This document shows, piece after piece, positions 39,150 to 51,338 of a DNA stretch of 64,000 nucleotides (its first letter is position 1; each line of letters starts with the position of its first letter). The stretch lies in assembly GCA_012295275.1 (NCBI GenBank), contig CM022672.1, forward strand, positions 22,754,001 through 22,818,000, read 5' to 3'. Under the pieces are notes generated by a model that was not told the origin of the DNA, did not search any database, and worked only from the letters and a program-made list of their open reading frames with translations. A program made the position numbers and the translations under genes. The stretch comes from Chrysomallon squamiferum (Eukaryota; Animalia; Mollusca).

Positions 39150-42100
39150 TTGTTATTAGAGGAAATGTTTTATTTTATTTTATTTTTGTTATTGGTTATT
39201 TTATATTCATAGGTTTTGAAGCAAAACGATTTATGATTTAATGAAATAAAAGTTAACATGTTTTTCTGGAATACTGTCAACAATTAAACCTATTAAATTG
39301 TTAAATAAAAATATTGTATTAGCCTGGATAATATTGACTCTTTGTTTGTTTTTCAGGAATTTTTATCTCCAGCATCTAAAAAGATTCTTGAAAGGTAAAC
39401 TTATATTTTGAAAGATATATTTGTGTAGATGATTTTTAAAAACATTTTTCATATGAAAGATTGTTATTTCTGGAAGAAAAACGTTTTGGCAGTGGCTAGT
39501 CTTACAGTTTGAAAAATCATGATAGGTAAAGTAATCCATTTCTAGATATTTTTTCATGAGCTAAAATTTATTTTTCAGCAAAAAGATATCAGATGAAAAT
39601 ATTGGCCAAGGTGTAATTTCTAAGGCATCACACTCAGACAGTGCCAATTTAAAGCCTTTGTCAAGTGATAAGGCACATCTTAACTCTTTGGAAGATGAAT
39701 CAATAGTGGATGCATTCACATCAGCTGCTACAGCTGATGAAAGTTTTCTTGCTCAGTTTGGTCGTCTAAGCTTGGAGCCTGATACTGGAAATGTTTTGGA
39801 TGGTGATGAAGATGATGATGTCATTAGCTTTAAAACTGTTATTGAGGACCCAGAAATAAATGATTTCAGTGAAGAGGCAGTAACTAAGGCCTATGAAAAT
39901 ACAGGATCTCTTGTGACTGAAAGATCAAACAATGACCCTTGCAAAAAGCCTTTGGAGCTTAAATCACCAAATTCTAAAAATGATGATAAAATTATTCTCA
40001 AAAAGAAACCTGAGCAGGATAAAAGAATAGGTTCCACAGAAGAAAATGGAGACAAATCATTGATGGTTTCAGCTGGAAGTCAAAGTCAAATATTGACTGA
40101 AACTGACACATCCATTTCTAAACAGAAATTGGATGAGACGGAAGAAATAAGTTTGTTGGTTGCAGCAAATGTTAATAATAATGCACTTGATGTAACTGAA
40201 ACTTCTGGTGAAACAGTTAAGGAGGTTTTGACCACACAGCTACCCAGCAAATCAGAAACTAGTAGTAACAGCATTAACCAGGCTGAAGGTGATGCTGAGA
40301 AAAATACAGTTCATGGAGTTGATAATAATCAGCAGTCACCTGTTTCAAATGAAGTATCATCTGCTGCCCATCCTGAAAAAGAATCTGATGGAAATGGACC
40401 AAGTAACAAATCAGTAACTACCATTTTACAACAAAAACTGGACAGAGAACAATTTGTGGAATCAGATTCAGAGATAAAACCTGCTTCAGTTCAATGTGGC
40501 ACAGATATGCAGCTCTCTTCTTCAGATTCTGAGAAAGACAGTAAAAGTGAAGGTTTGTCAGTATCTGTTCTGGAAGACATTGATCCATTCAAGACCAAGT
40601 CCTGTGTGCAAAATTCTCCAGTGAAATCTGAAGTGATTATTGACAGTTCTGCTGTTATCATTGATAATGAGAAAAAAGTTAATATGACTGACCATGATAA
40701 AATGGAACCAAACCTTCAAATGGTATCTCAAACAAATGGGCAATCCAAAATAAATATTTCTCCATTGAAAGTTGAAACATCTCTGCCTTCTGCAAAATTG
40801 GAAACTGCAGATATAGCTCAAGGTGAATCAGAGAAAAACAACTCTGTTTCAAAATCTGACCCTTTGACTCCAACATGTGATGGCCTTGACCCATTTAAAA
40901 CCAAAACCCAGAGGGAGAGCCCACTTCTGAAACCAAACATAGTAAAGGATACACAAGATAAAGCAGATCACATTACTTCACTAACAGGTATATCAGATTC
41001 ATTTGAAACATTAAATGTTGAATCTGTATCATTTGATGGCATTGATCCATTTAAAAGCAAGTCACAGCTTCAGAATTCTCCACTTAAATCTGATGTATTT
41101 GAAAAGAAGAGTGAAACTGATTGTGACAGTTCACAAGACAAGACAAATGACATGATTGATGACACTGATCCATTTAGAACTAAATCACAGCTTAAAAATT
41201 CTCCAGCTAAATCAGGCAAAATCACAAATGTTCAAGACAACATTAATTCAGTTATTTCAGAAATAAAGACTGATATTGTGAACAATGCAGTTGGTGAGAC
41301 TGATCCATTTGAAACCAAAACACAACTGAAAAGCACTCCAGTTAAACCTGAAAGTATCACTGAAATTCAGAATGAATCATCTCCAATGCAATCTTTAAAT
41401 TTATCTATAAAAATTAACTTTGCAACTGCCAAAGTAGATGACCCTAATTTGTCTAAAACCAAAACTGAGATAAAGACATCTCCAGCAAAAACTGAAATTG
41501 AAACTGAAGGAAAAATGTTAGATAATGCTGATCAGCTGATGCCTAGTCAATCAAAGAAATTGGATGTCAAATCTGCAAGTTTTGATGATATTGATCCATT
41601 TAAAACCAAGACAGATCTGATAAATTCTCCTGACAAATCAGAAACTAATGCATCACTGAAGGCAAACCTGCAAATGGACACTCCTCCTGCACAGTTTGAT
41701 AGTTCATTTAAACACACTACAATATCAAAAGTAAATTCTGATGATATTGATGATCCATTTAAAACTAAAAAGCAGCTTAAGAGCTCTCCTGTTAAAGAAA
41801 AGCTTGGTGTGGAAAATAAAAATAACACTGACTTGCATGATATCACTGACCCAGATTCTTCCCAGAACCCTAACACTAATACTGCAGACTTTGATGACAT
41901 TGATCCATTTAAAACAAAAAAGCAGCTTAAGAGCTCTCCTGTTAAAGAAAAGCTTGGTGTGGAAAATAAAAATAACACTGGCTTGCATGATATCACTGAC
42001 CCCGATTCTTCCCAGAACCCTAACACTAATACTGCAGACTTTGATGACATTGATCCATTTAAAACAAAAAGCAGCTTAAGAGCTCTCCTGTTAAAGAAAA

Positions 42101-45100
42101 GCTTGGTGTGGAAAATAAAAATAACACTGGCTTGCATGATATCACTGACCCCGATTCTTCCCAGAACCCTAACACTAATACTGCAGACTTTGATGACATT
42201 GATCCATTTAAAACAAAAACTCAGCTACCCAGTTCTCCTATCCATTCAAGAAATGCTGGCAGTACTGATTTAATGAAACAAGAAGCACAACCAACGGTTG
42301 AAGGCAATAACCTGGAAACTTCATCATTCGCATTTGATGACATTGATCCTTTCAAAAGCAGAATTAAGATAGCAAATTCTCCAGATAAGGGAAAAGTAGA
42401 AGTAAAAATGGAAGAAGAATCCAGATCAGTAAACCTTGAATCACCACATCAAAATGTATCAGCAGTTTTTGATGACATTGATCCATTTAAGATTGTGTCA
42501 AAGGTAAGGAATTCTCCAAATACATCAAAGGCAGAAAAGAAAATATCAGATGGTCCTGCTTCATTACTAGTAAAGAGTGTTTCACAGCCTGAGTCTGAAT
42601 GTACAAATGCTGATAACCTTGATCTTGTCAAAAGTGAAACTCTGCTTCCTAAGTCATCTGACATGTTGGAGATGGCAGAGAAAGTTTCAGAACCTGAAAA
42701 TTCCCCTGCAATTTCTGTTGCAAATCTGGATGTTGATTTTGATACCATTGATCCTTTTAAGAGTAAAAATAAAATAATGAGTTCTCCTGCTAGAACAAAA
42801 TTGGTAAATCACAGTGAAAATAGTCAGTTAAAAACAAGTGAGCAACAGAAACAGACAGAACCTCATGATAATGTTGACCCTTTCAAAACAAAAACTGAGC
42901 TAAAAGATTATCCAAGCAAACCCATCAAAGCTGATATCATGCAAGAACACACTGAAGAGTTGGAACCATTTAAAACAGAAGCTCAGCTTAAAAATTCTCT
43001 TAGCAAACAAGTTGAGGCCAAATGCAACTTCAAAGAGGCCCTTCCTCAAAGCTTTGAAGATATAGATCCATTCCCGTCCAAAACACAGATAAAGAATTCA
43101 CCAGTCAAACCTAGCTTAGAGGAATCACTTCCACAAAACTTTGAAGACATGGATCCATTCAAACCTAAAGCAAAACTAAAAAATTCACCAGACAAACCTA
43201 GCTTAGAAGAATCACTTCCACAAAACTTTGAAGACATAGATCCATTCAAACCTAAAGAAAAAATAAAAAATTCACCAGACAAGCCTAGCTTAGAAGAATC
43301 ACTTCCTCAAAATGTTGAAGACATAGATCCATTCAAACCTAAAGCAAAATTAAAAAACTCACCAGACAAACCTAGCTTAGAAGAATCACTTCCACAAAAC
43401 GTTGAAGACATAGATCCATTCAAACCTAAAGCAAAACTAAAAAACTCCACAGACAAACCTAGCTTAGAAGAATCACTTCCACAAAACTTTGAAGACATAG
43501 ATCCATTCAAACCTAAAGCAAAACTAAAAAACTCCACAGACAAACCTAGCTTGAAAGAATCACTTCCACAAAACTTTGAAGACATAGATCCATTCAAACC
43601 TAAAACAAAACTAAAGAATTCACCAGACAAACCTAGCTTAGAAGAATCACTTCCACAAAACTTTGAAGACATAGATCCATTCAAACTTAAAGCAAAACTA
43701 AAGAATTCACCAGACAAACCTAGCTTGAAAGAATCCCTTCCACAAGACTTTGAAGACATAGATCCATTCAAACCTAAAACAAAACTAAAGAATTCACCAG
43801 ACAAACCTAGCTTAGAAGAATCACTTCCACAAAATTTTGAAGACATAGATCCATTCAAGCTTAAAGCAAAACTAAAGAATTCACCAGACAAACCTAGCTT
43901 GAAAGAATCCCTTCCACAAAACTTTGAAGACATAGATCCATTCAAACCTAAAACAAAACTAAAGAATTTGCCAGTCAAACAAGATGGTGTCATCCCAAGT
44001 TTAGATGATGAAATAGATCCTTTTAAACCAAAGTCAAAGATGTCTAATTCTCCAGTAAAATCAGATTTAGTGGAAAAAGCAGCTAGTTCAGTTCAAAAGG
44101 TGATGGAATCCTCTGCAGATGTTAAACTTTCACAGGATGCAGTCAAAGCATCAAAGCCACTTGTTCAGTCAGAAACTGTTGTCATTCCTCAGCAGGAACC
44201 AGCAGGCCAAGGTTCTCTTTCAGAAGATAGTGCAGCTGAAACTTTAGAAAATCCTTTTGGCATCAGAGATGATGAATTTATTTCTGGAGATCAAAGTAAG
44301 TTTTAATATCAGGTTCAGTTCGTTTTATTTTATTTCTTCATTAATTCTGTTTTCAGACTGATAATTTGTACACCAAAACATGTTTGCCATTGCTTTACAT
44401 TCAACTATAGTAAACCATTTCATTTTATTTATTTATAAAATTTTAGATATCACTGACAATTCAGAGATATTTTGTGTTTTCAAATGTTTACCCTTTGTTC
44501 CTAGAAAAGTTTAGAACAGATTTTCAAAATTAATTGAATTATTATTATTATTTATTTTTTAAAAACATTAATGTAATATGTGTAAAACAAAATACAGTAA
44601 TAGTTTCTTACTTTTACAAAAAATATTTTATTTGTCACAGTTTTCAATGATCCGTCTGCTTGGGACATTTTGGAAAAATTTGGAAACAGCACAGATGTAA
44701 GCAATGAATTTAGTTGTACACATAACAAATATGTTGTTAGGTCTGTAAATCCTAACTGTTGGATTAAGACTACAGTTAACAATAATTACAGACTGCTGAA
44801 AGGATGTGTCGGTGTGATTTAATTAACTTTAATCTTATTATATATTGTTTGATCATTATAAATTATTTAATTGTCAAAATATAGCAATTCCTGAAGTTAA
44901 GAAAATTATATCAGCAAAATAAATAAACTAGCTATAAATAAGCCATTTTACTGTCAAATCTGAATTGTAAAAGTGACCATTCCTTTCCTCAACAAACCAA
45001 TATCTTTGGTAAATAATTTGCTTCCTTTGAATGTATTTGATATCTAAATTAAAATGTGTCCAGCTCAGACATTAGGAAATCATTGTAATCAAAAAAACAT

Positions 45101-46278
45101 GGAATCACTTATTTAAACTGATCTAATGTTAAACCTACCAAATCATTTCATTTTTTTAAATTTACTTTTAAATTTAAACCTTTTTTCAAAATACTATTTT
45201 TAATTTTTTATTTTTTATTTAGTCCTCCAAATCAGAACTTGCTAGAATTTCACTGTATCGCAGATTTGACCCATTGGTGACTTCAAGACTTGAACCACCA
45301 CAGAGTCCAGGTAAATAGCAACAAACAACAAAACAATTATTTAATACTTTGTTTACCTGCTAATTCATAAATCTTTTTCATCTGGATTATTCTTGAATAT
45401 ATGTTTTAAGAAATAAAATAAGACAGCATTATTGTGTTAGTACAATTTTAGGTGTTCAAATATTATGATATTTTGTTTTTATTAAAGTTGCATTTTAATG
45501 TTTATATTTACAGTTGCTGCTTCATCTAAAACAAATGTCTTGATCCTGGAACAGTCACGACTTGAAAAGTAAGAAATAAAATAGTATATCAAGTGCAGAA
45601 TTGCAGCATATTTACAAGGGATTACTTTATTGCCTATTCATAAATGACATCAAGCAATTTTCCTTTTTTTATTTTTTGTTTGTTACTAGTGTCCTAGATA
45701 AGATGGTACGTGCATTCATTCGAAACTCAGTCTCTCATTTTTATCTTTGTTATAATGAACTACTTCTAAAGGAACATAAAGTTAAAAAAGTTTTGCCCTA
45801 ACTGGCTGATATGGGTTTATCATTTTACATCTTTATACAGAACCATTTTTTTTTTTACCGATACTAAATTAAGAAATGTTGAGATGAACCCAATTTTCAA
45901 TAAATGAATTATCAATCCCAATAACAATGTTTAATTTCATTTTAAATTTTACTTTACAAAATGTCTGGAAAATAATTTACCTTGAGAAAAAATGTATTAA
46001 TTTAATTTATATTACAGTGACATGTATTATTTTTTGGCTATCTAGTTAAATTTGTATTTTATCTTCATAGATAAATATATTTGTTTTTTTTCTCTGTTTT
46101 TAGTGTTGATGAAAGTATCTGTCTGCTTGGAACTCCACCCAAAGTGTCACGTCGTCGTTCGGTCCTGCATCGCAGACCTCCAACATCTGTGTCCCAGCCT
46201 ATAAAAGAAGAACCAAGTGTGCCTATGGTGGACATGATTTTATCACTGGACTCTGATGATCATGCAAATAAGGTTGAT

Positions 46279-46310
<32 letters not shown>

Positions 46311-49300
46311 TTTTTTATATATTTACATTTTAATATTTAAACTCACTATGCAAAACATTTTATTTTCAAAAACTTTTTTTTATAATTTATTCATATATTT
46401 TAATATTTTGTAATGCACTTAGTAATGCCAGTACATTCTGTTTGTGATCATAATGGTTTCAGCATCAAATAAATTGTGTTTCCTTGCATTTTCAGACGGT
46501 GTCCAGTGAAAACCAGAATGAGATTATAGAGGTATGTGTACGAGATTAAAATTTTATTAACTTTTCCATTTATCATTGTAGGTAAACAATCCATTATGTC
46601 CAGTGTTACCACTGAATTAATATCAAAGATATGGTGTTTGATTTTCTAAATGTGAGGAAATGTACCTAAAGATTCCTTGCTACCGTTCTAAATAAACAGC
46701 CCTTTTATAATGGGAAAGAGATTTCTTTTGCTTATAATTTTACCAGGAGCAACATTTTCCCTCTGATATCCTTAATATCAGAACAATCTCTTTGACTTCA
46801 TAGACATTTAATTATAGCCATTATTAAAAATATACTATGTAATATTCATCCATTTTAACAACAGGTGTTGAAGTATACAGAGGCTGAATGGAGAAAACTT
46901 CAAACAGAACTCAAACTGGGTTTTGAGGGAATTATGCTGAACAAGGAAAACGCTTGGAGTAAAAAGTATAAAGAAGCACAAATGGAAAGAGCAAAAGAGA
47001 AAAAGGCTGCTGAGAAAGCTCGAAAGTCAGAAAAGGAAATGTGGTATGTAGTTTTTCTGCATATAAGCTGTTAATTGAGAAATTTGCTCAAATGTTTTCT
47101 CTAGGACTTAACCGGCAAATTCATTTCAAAAATCAGCTATGGCATACAAGAAGAGGAAATTTAGTTTTTTTCCACTCCGAGATCTTTCTGATATATTATA
47201 GAAACCCCAAATGTCAGATCTTCTCCATACATATAAAACCAAATTGCAGCTTTAGTTTAAAACTTTGATTTTATTAATAATAATCCATTATACATTACTG
47301 ATTTATAATACACAGGTTATGCATATTAATTTTGTAGTAGCAGATAGTTAACTGTTAAGTATGTTTAATATAGTAATTAACTGTTTCCTTTTAGCATTGT
47401 AGTTAAAGAATATGAAAAGACCATAGACAGTCTTATTGGTAAGTGTTTATGGGCAGAATTTTATTTCATTGTGTTGCTTTGGATATTTTTTTTTTTTTTT
47501 TTACAATCATAATTTCAATGTGGTGAAAGATGTTTCTTTTCTTTTTTTTCTGCTAATTTTATGAATACATTGTTAATGTGTGAAGTTGTCTATTATAAAA
47601 TTCCACTGGATTTCTCTTTTTAGTCTTTAAATTTCACTTTACAATATTTATTGTGTGTTCTATGTAATTTTTATTTCCATAAAAAAAAATATATATATAT
47701 ATACCTTATAAATTTGAAAAAAAAAAAAAAAAATCTTCTCTTTGTTTTACAGCTTGTAATGAAAAGTTAAAGCAGAAAGAAAAGAATCTACAAGAACAGT
47801 TAGACCAGGTAAATATTGTCAGTCTTAACTTGGAGAAATAACAGTTTACTCTGAAGAAACTTGCATCATTTTATTTACTTGAGGTTTACCACGATGATTA
47901 TTGAAATTTAAATAGTTCATATATGTTTAATAATTAAGTGAAGATAACCAACAATACACATAGATAGATAGATATGATAACATCCATATGCACAGGCTGC
48001 TGCAAAGGGATAATAATTTAGGGGATATTACTTCTTTTGATTTCTTTCCTAGAGCTTGAGTAAATTTCACTGAGAAACATTACAATATAATCATAATGAA
48101 GTATGTTTATCAGATTAACAAAAAAACAAAATATGTGAAAGAAACAGATTGCGTATTGCATAGATTAACACTGCATGCATGAACAAGCAATAGCATCATC
48201 CCGAAGAAGAAAACAATTTCTTATATTAACTAAGACACTTTTTAAAAAAAATAAAAAAAATAATGAGAACAATTTTAGAATTCTGTTTGAATGATTGTTG
48301 TTTTTTTTAGAGTAAGGAGGACATTTTCTCTTTGGAAAAAGCTTTCTCTGATCTACATCGACGATATGAAAAAATGAAAGATGCTCTCACTGGGTTTAAA
48401 AAGGTAACTATTTAACACTTACTATTTATTATGATTTTTTTTTTTTTTTTTTATTTTTTTTCTTTAGTTAAATGGTCATTATTATTTTAATTTTAATTAA
48501 TGTGATTTCTTTATCTTGCAGTTTATTTAATTTGAAGTTCACAGAATACTGAATAAATTATAGTTTATTTATGTTTGTGGTTTTTACTGTCACATAAACA
48601 AATACAGTTGTACCTGAATTTTTATTTTTATCAGAATGAGGAAACTCTGAAGAATTCCTTACAGAAGAATCTGGAGAAGTGGAAACACAAAGATGAGGAA
48701 TTCATGAAGTTCAAGAAAGAAGCTGAAGAAAAAATACTAATGTATGTAACCATATGAGAAAGTAACAGCACATAGTATTTCATGTAGACCAACTTTTGCT
48801 CATGGAAAAATTAAATGGACTAATTGGTTATATGACACACTTCCTCATATGAAGGACAGGTTATTTACATTAGATGAAATGGAATAAAACACAAACCTAT
48901 TTTTAAATAGTGTTGACAATAATTTTTATTTTATATTTCAAAGAGTGCTTTAATAATTCATGTTTATCATTAAACCATAAATAATTACATGTGCTTTAAT
49001 AATTATGTACTTACAAAGTTTTTAATTCCACAATTTTTTTTTTTTTTTTTTTAAATAGTGCTACCAAAAATTACCAAGATCTGAAAAAATCCAGTGAGGC
49101 TGAAAACTTTAAGCTGCAGGCAACCTTGAAAAAGAAAGATCTGGAACTTGACAGCAAAAATGCAACTATTGAACAAAAGGTAAATATAGTTTACTATTTT
49201 TGGTTATTTTTTATAATCATTAGTTTGCACAACTCATAATATTTGTTTTTAATGCTTTTATTTGCAAAGAAATGGGTTTATCATTTAGTACCATTTTCTA

Positions 49301-49537
49301 AAGATTACATGAAATAAGTGTTAAAATAATTAGTATTATTACTTAACTGTCTAATTTTGTATCAATCATTACATTGTAAACTCTGATTATGTAATAATCA
49401 TAAATATTAGAACATACATTATCATGATTAATATTTAATTTTGTTTTTTTTATTATTTCCAGACAAAGGACATGAATGAACTGATAGCCCTATGTGACAC
49501 AATGATGGCCAGGATTGAAGGAAAACCTGCAGAATAA
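38897..49537 (+). CDS. TACC: Transforming acidic coiled-coil-containing protein (TACC family); one apparent -1 frameshift at ~42066-42070
   Basis: Coding exons 38897-39070, 39357-39394, 39579-44295, 44641-44696, 45223-45310, 45514-45568, 46104-46272, 46496-46531, 46865-47043, 47395-47438, 47753-47808, 48311-48403, 48635-48741, 49059-49179, 49463-49537. Motifs LEKFG, ARISLYRRFDPL (Aurora-A site region), and TACC domain SLEKAFSDLHRRYEKMK..GFKKNEE and ELIALCD. Confidence 0.9.
41741..42220 (+). repeat. 150-bp (50-aa) coding tandem repeat, ~3.2 near-identical copies
   Basis: TGATCCATTTAAAAC at 41751, 41901, 42051 and 42200 (periods 150, 150, 149). Confidence 0.95.
43035..43980 (+). repeat. 87-bp (29-aa) coding tandem repeat, 11 copies
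   Basis: Unit EESLPQNFEDIDPFKPKAKLKNSPDKPSL counted 11 times in the ORF translation. Confidence 0.97.
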
Positions 49538-50740
49538 GAACTAAAAACAGTTTTATCTTCAGCAAGAGACCAAGCTTATTCTGTCATATATTTTATCATC
49601 ATATTATATTATAATATTTTTTCATATTATAACTGATACTACATTCTATCATTCGTATAGTCTTGCACAGTTTGCTGGTTGTTACTGTATGGTTAATATG
49701 ACAGTAATGCAAATGAGTAGTTGTCATTTAAATACTTTAACATATGGCTGAAACTGATATTTAATTTTTTTTGTTTGCATCAATAATTTGGAAAGCAATT
49801 TTAGACAGCCAGCAGAGATCAATACATGGTTGTAGATTAATTGATATATATATATTTTTTTTTTTTTTTTTTTTTTTTTTAGCAATCTGAAAATTTTTTT
49901 CTTACAATTCTATTTTTATGTTTGAAAATAAGAACCAGTCATTACATATATTTATGTAAGACCTTGGGATTTTTTGTTAAAAATAAGTGCCACTGTATAG
50001 TTTTAAAAATTATTTGTTTATAAATCTTCAGAACAAATGAACCAGTCATAGAAAAACAGTAAAGTTTTATCTATTGTGTCTTGTAACATAGCATTTAAAA
50101 ACATTATTTAAAATTAATCTTAAAGAGAAATATACTATAAATCAATTTTTACTTATCAAATGAAATTATTTGACTAAATCACTAATTTATTTTCTGAACA
50201 TTATTACTGATTGAAGATAATTTTCCCATTTAGTAGTGATTCACTGAAAATATTTTTCACATTAATTATCTTTCTATTGTGTTCCAATATTCATTTAAAT
50301 ATTATGTAAATATGTAAACTTTGTCATTGTTTTGTTTGATGCAAAAATGTTTTTTTTTCCATCCTCACTATCTTCTTGCTATCATTCATTTTTCTAATAA
50401 TCATACACACTTCTCCTCAGAATCTTTTGAATTTATGCATGTGTCTACAAATAAAAAAAAAAAAAAATTTCCAGAACATAATCAGGCAATAATGAAAAAA
50501 CAAAAATAGTCTCTTTGTTATTTCCATATTCATCTTTGCTTCATTATGTTATTAAGAATTACTTCATTCTTTTTAAGACCTATAATTATGTGGAAATAAA
50601 TATTTAAAAATAATTATAATTTTTGTTGTTGTTGTTGTTGTTTCTATACTTTATGTACTTTACCAGTACTGAGTATAGGAGATTAGAATTAAAGGCTAAG
50701 TGAACAAAAATATCTCTTTTTTTTTTATTTTATTTTATTT

Positions 50741-50786
<46 letters not shown>

Positions 50787-51184
50787 GGGGGGATGCAATA
50801 TTTATTTATTTAATTAGAAAGCCTTGTTAATAAGTGATTATGTTTAATTAAATTTTTGTTACACGTTTGTTTCTGATCATCAACTGCTAATCCAATATAT
50901 AAATATTATCGTGCAATATACACGTCTGCCTATGCATAAATATAGTGATAAAAATGACAGATGCAACCTGAGTTACAGCTCAAAATTTACTGTTTACAAT
51001 TACATTAAAACATCTTGAGAAAAATATTTACTTTTACGTAATGTTGAATGTCTCGCTTGTATAATTTTAGAACTTTTTTAACTGAAAAATAATTTACAAA
51101 ATGATTGATAAGTGATTGTTTAATTACTTAGCTTGTTTACTATTCTTATCTGCTTTCTTTTTGCCACCTCAGGAAATCATAGCT

Positions 51185-51296
51185 GATTGGATACGCCTAA
51201 TGAAACAGGACTCAATGCGCAGTCTAGGTTATTGGTTTATTAACAAGAGTTATCTGTGCTGTTGACGCTCTTTAATAGGAAGTAATTTGGCGGGAA
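51185..51296 (+). promoter_or_regulatory. RNASEH2A promoter with an E2F site and inverted CCAAT boxes
   Basis: TTTGGCGGGAA at 51286-51296, ~45 bp before the ATG; ATTGG at 51186 and 51231. Confidence 0.6.
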
Positions 51297-51338
51297 TAGT
51301 GTTAGAATTAATTTTCCATTTCATTTGTCATTATTATT

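Noticed and set aside
43307-43993. Long antisense ORFs over the TACC repeats (also 41547-42137)
   Set aside because: Shadow frames left open by tandem repetition of a stop-free unit.
39658-44306. Two separate large genes (871 aa and 732 aa)
   Set aside because: They form one exon of TACC split by a 1-bp deletion in an A-run; splice phases at 39579 and 44295 fit a single gene.
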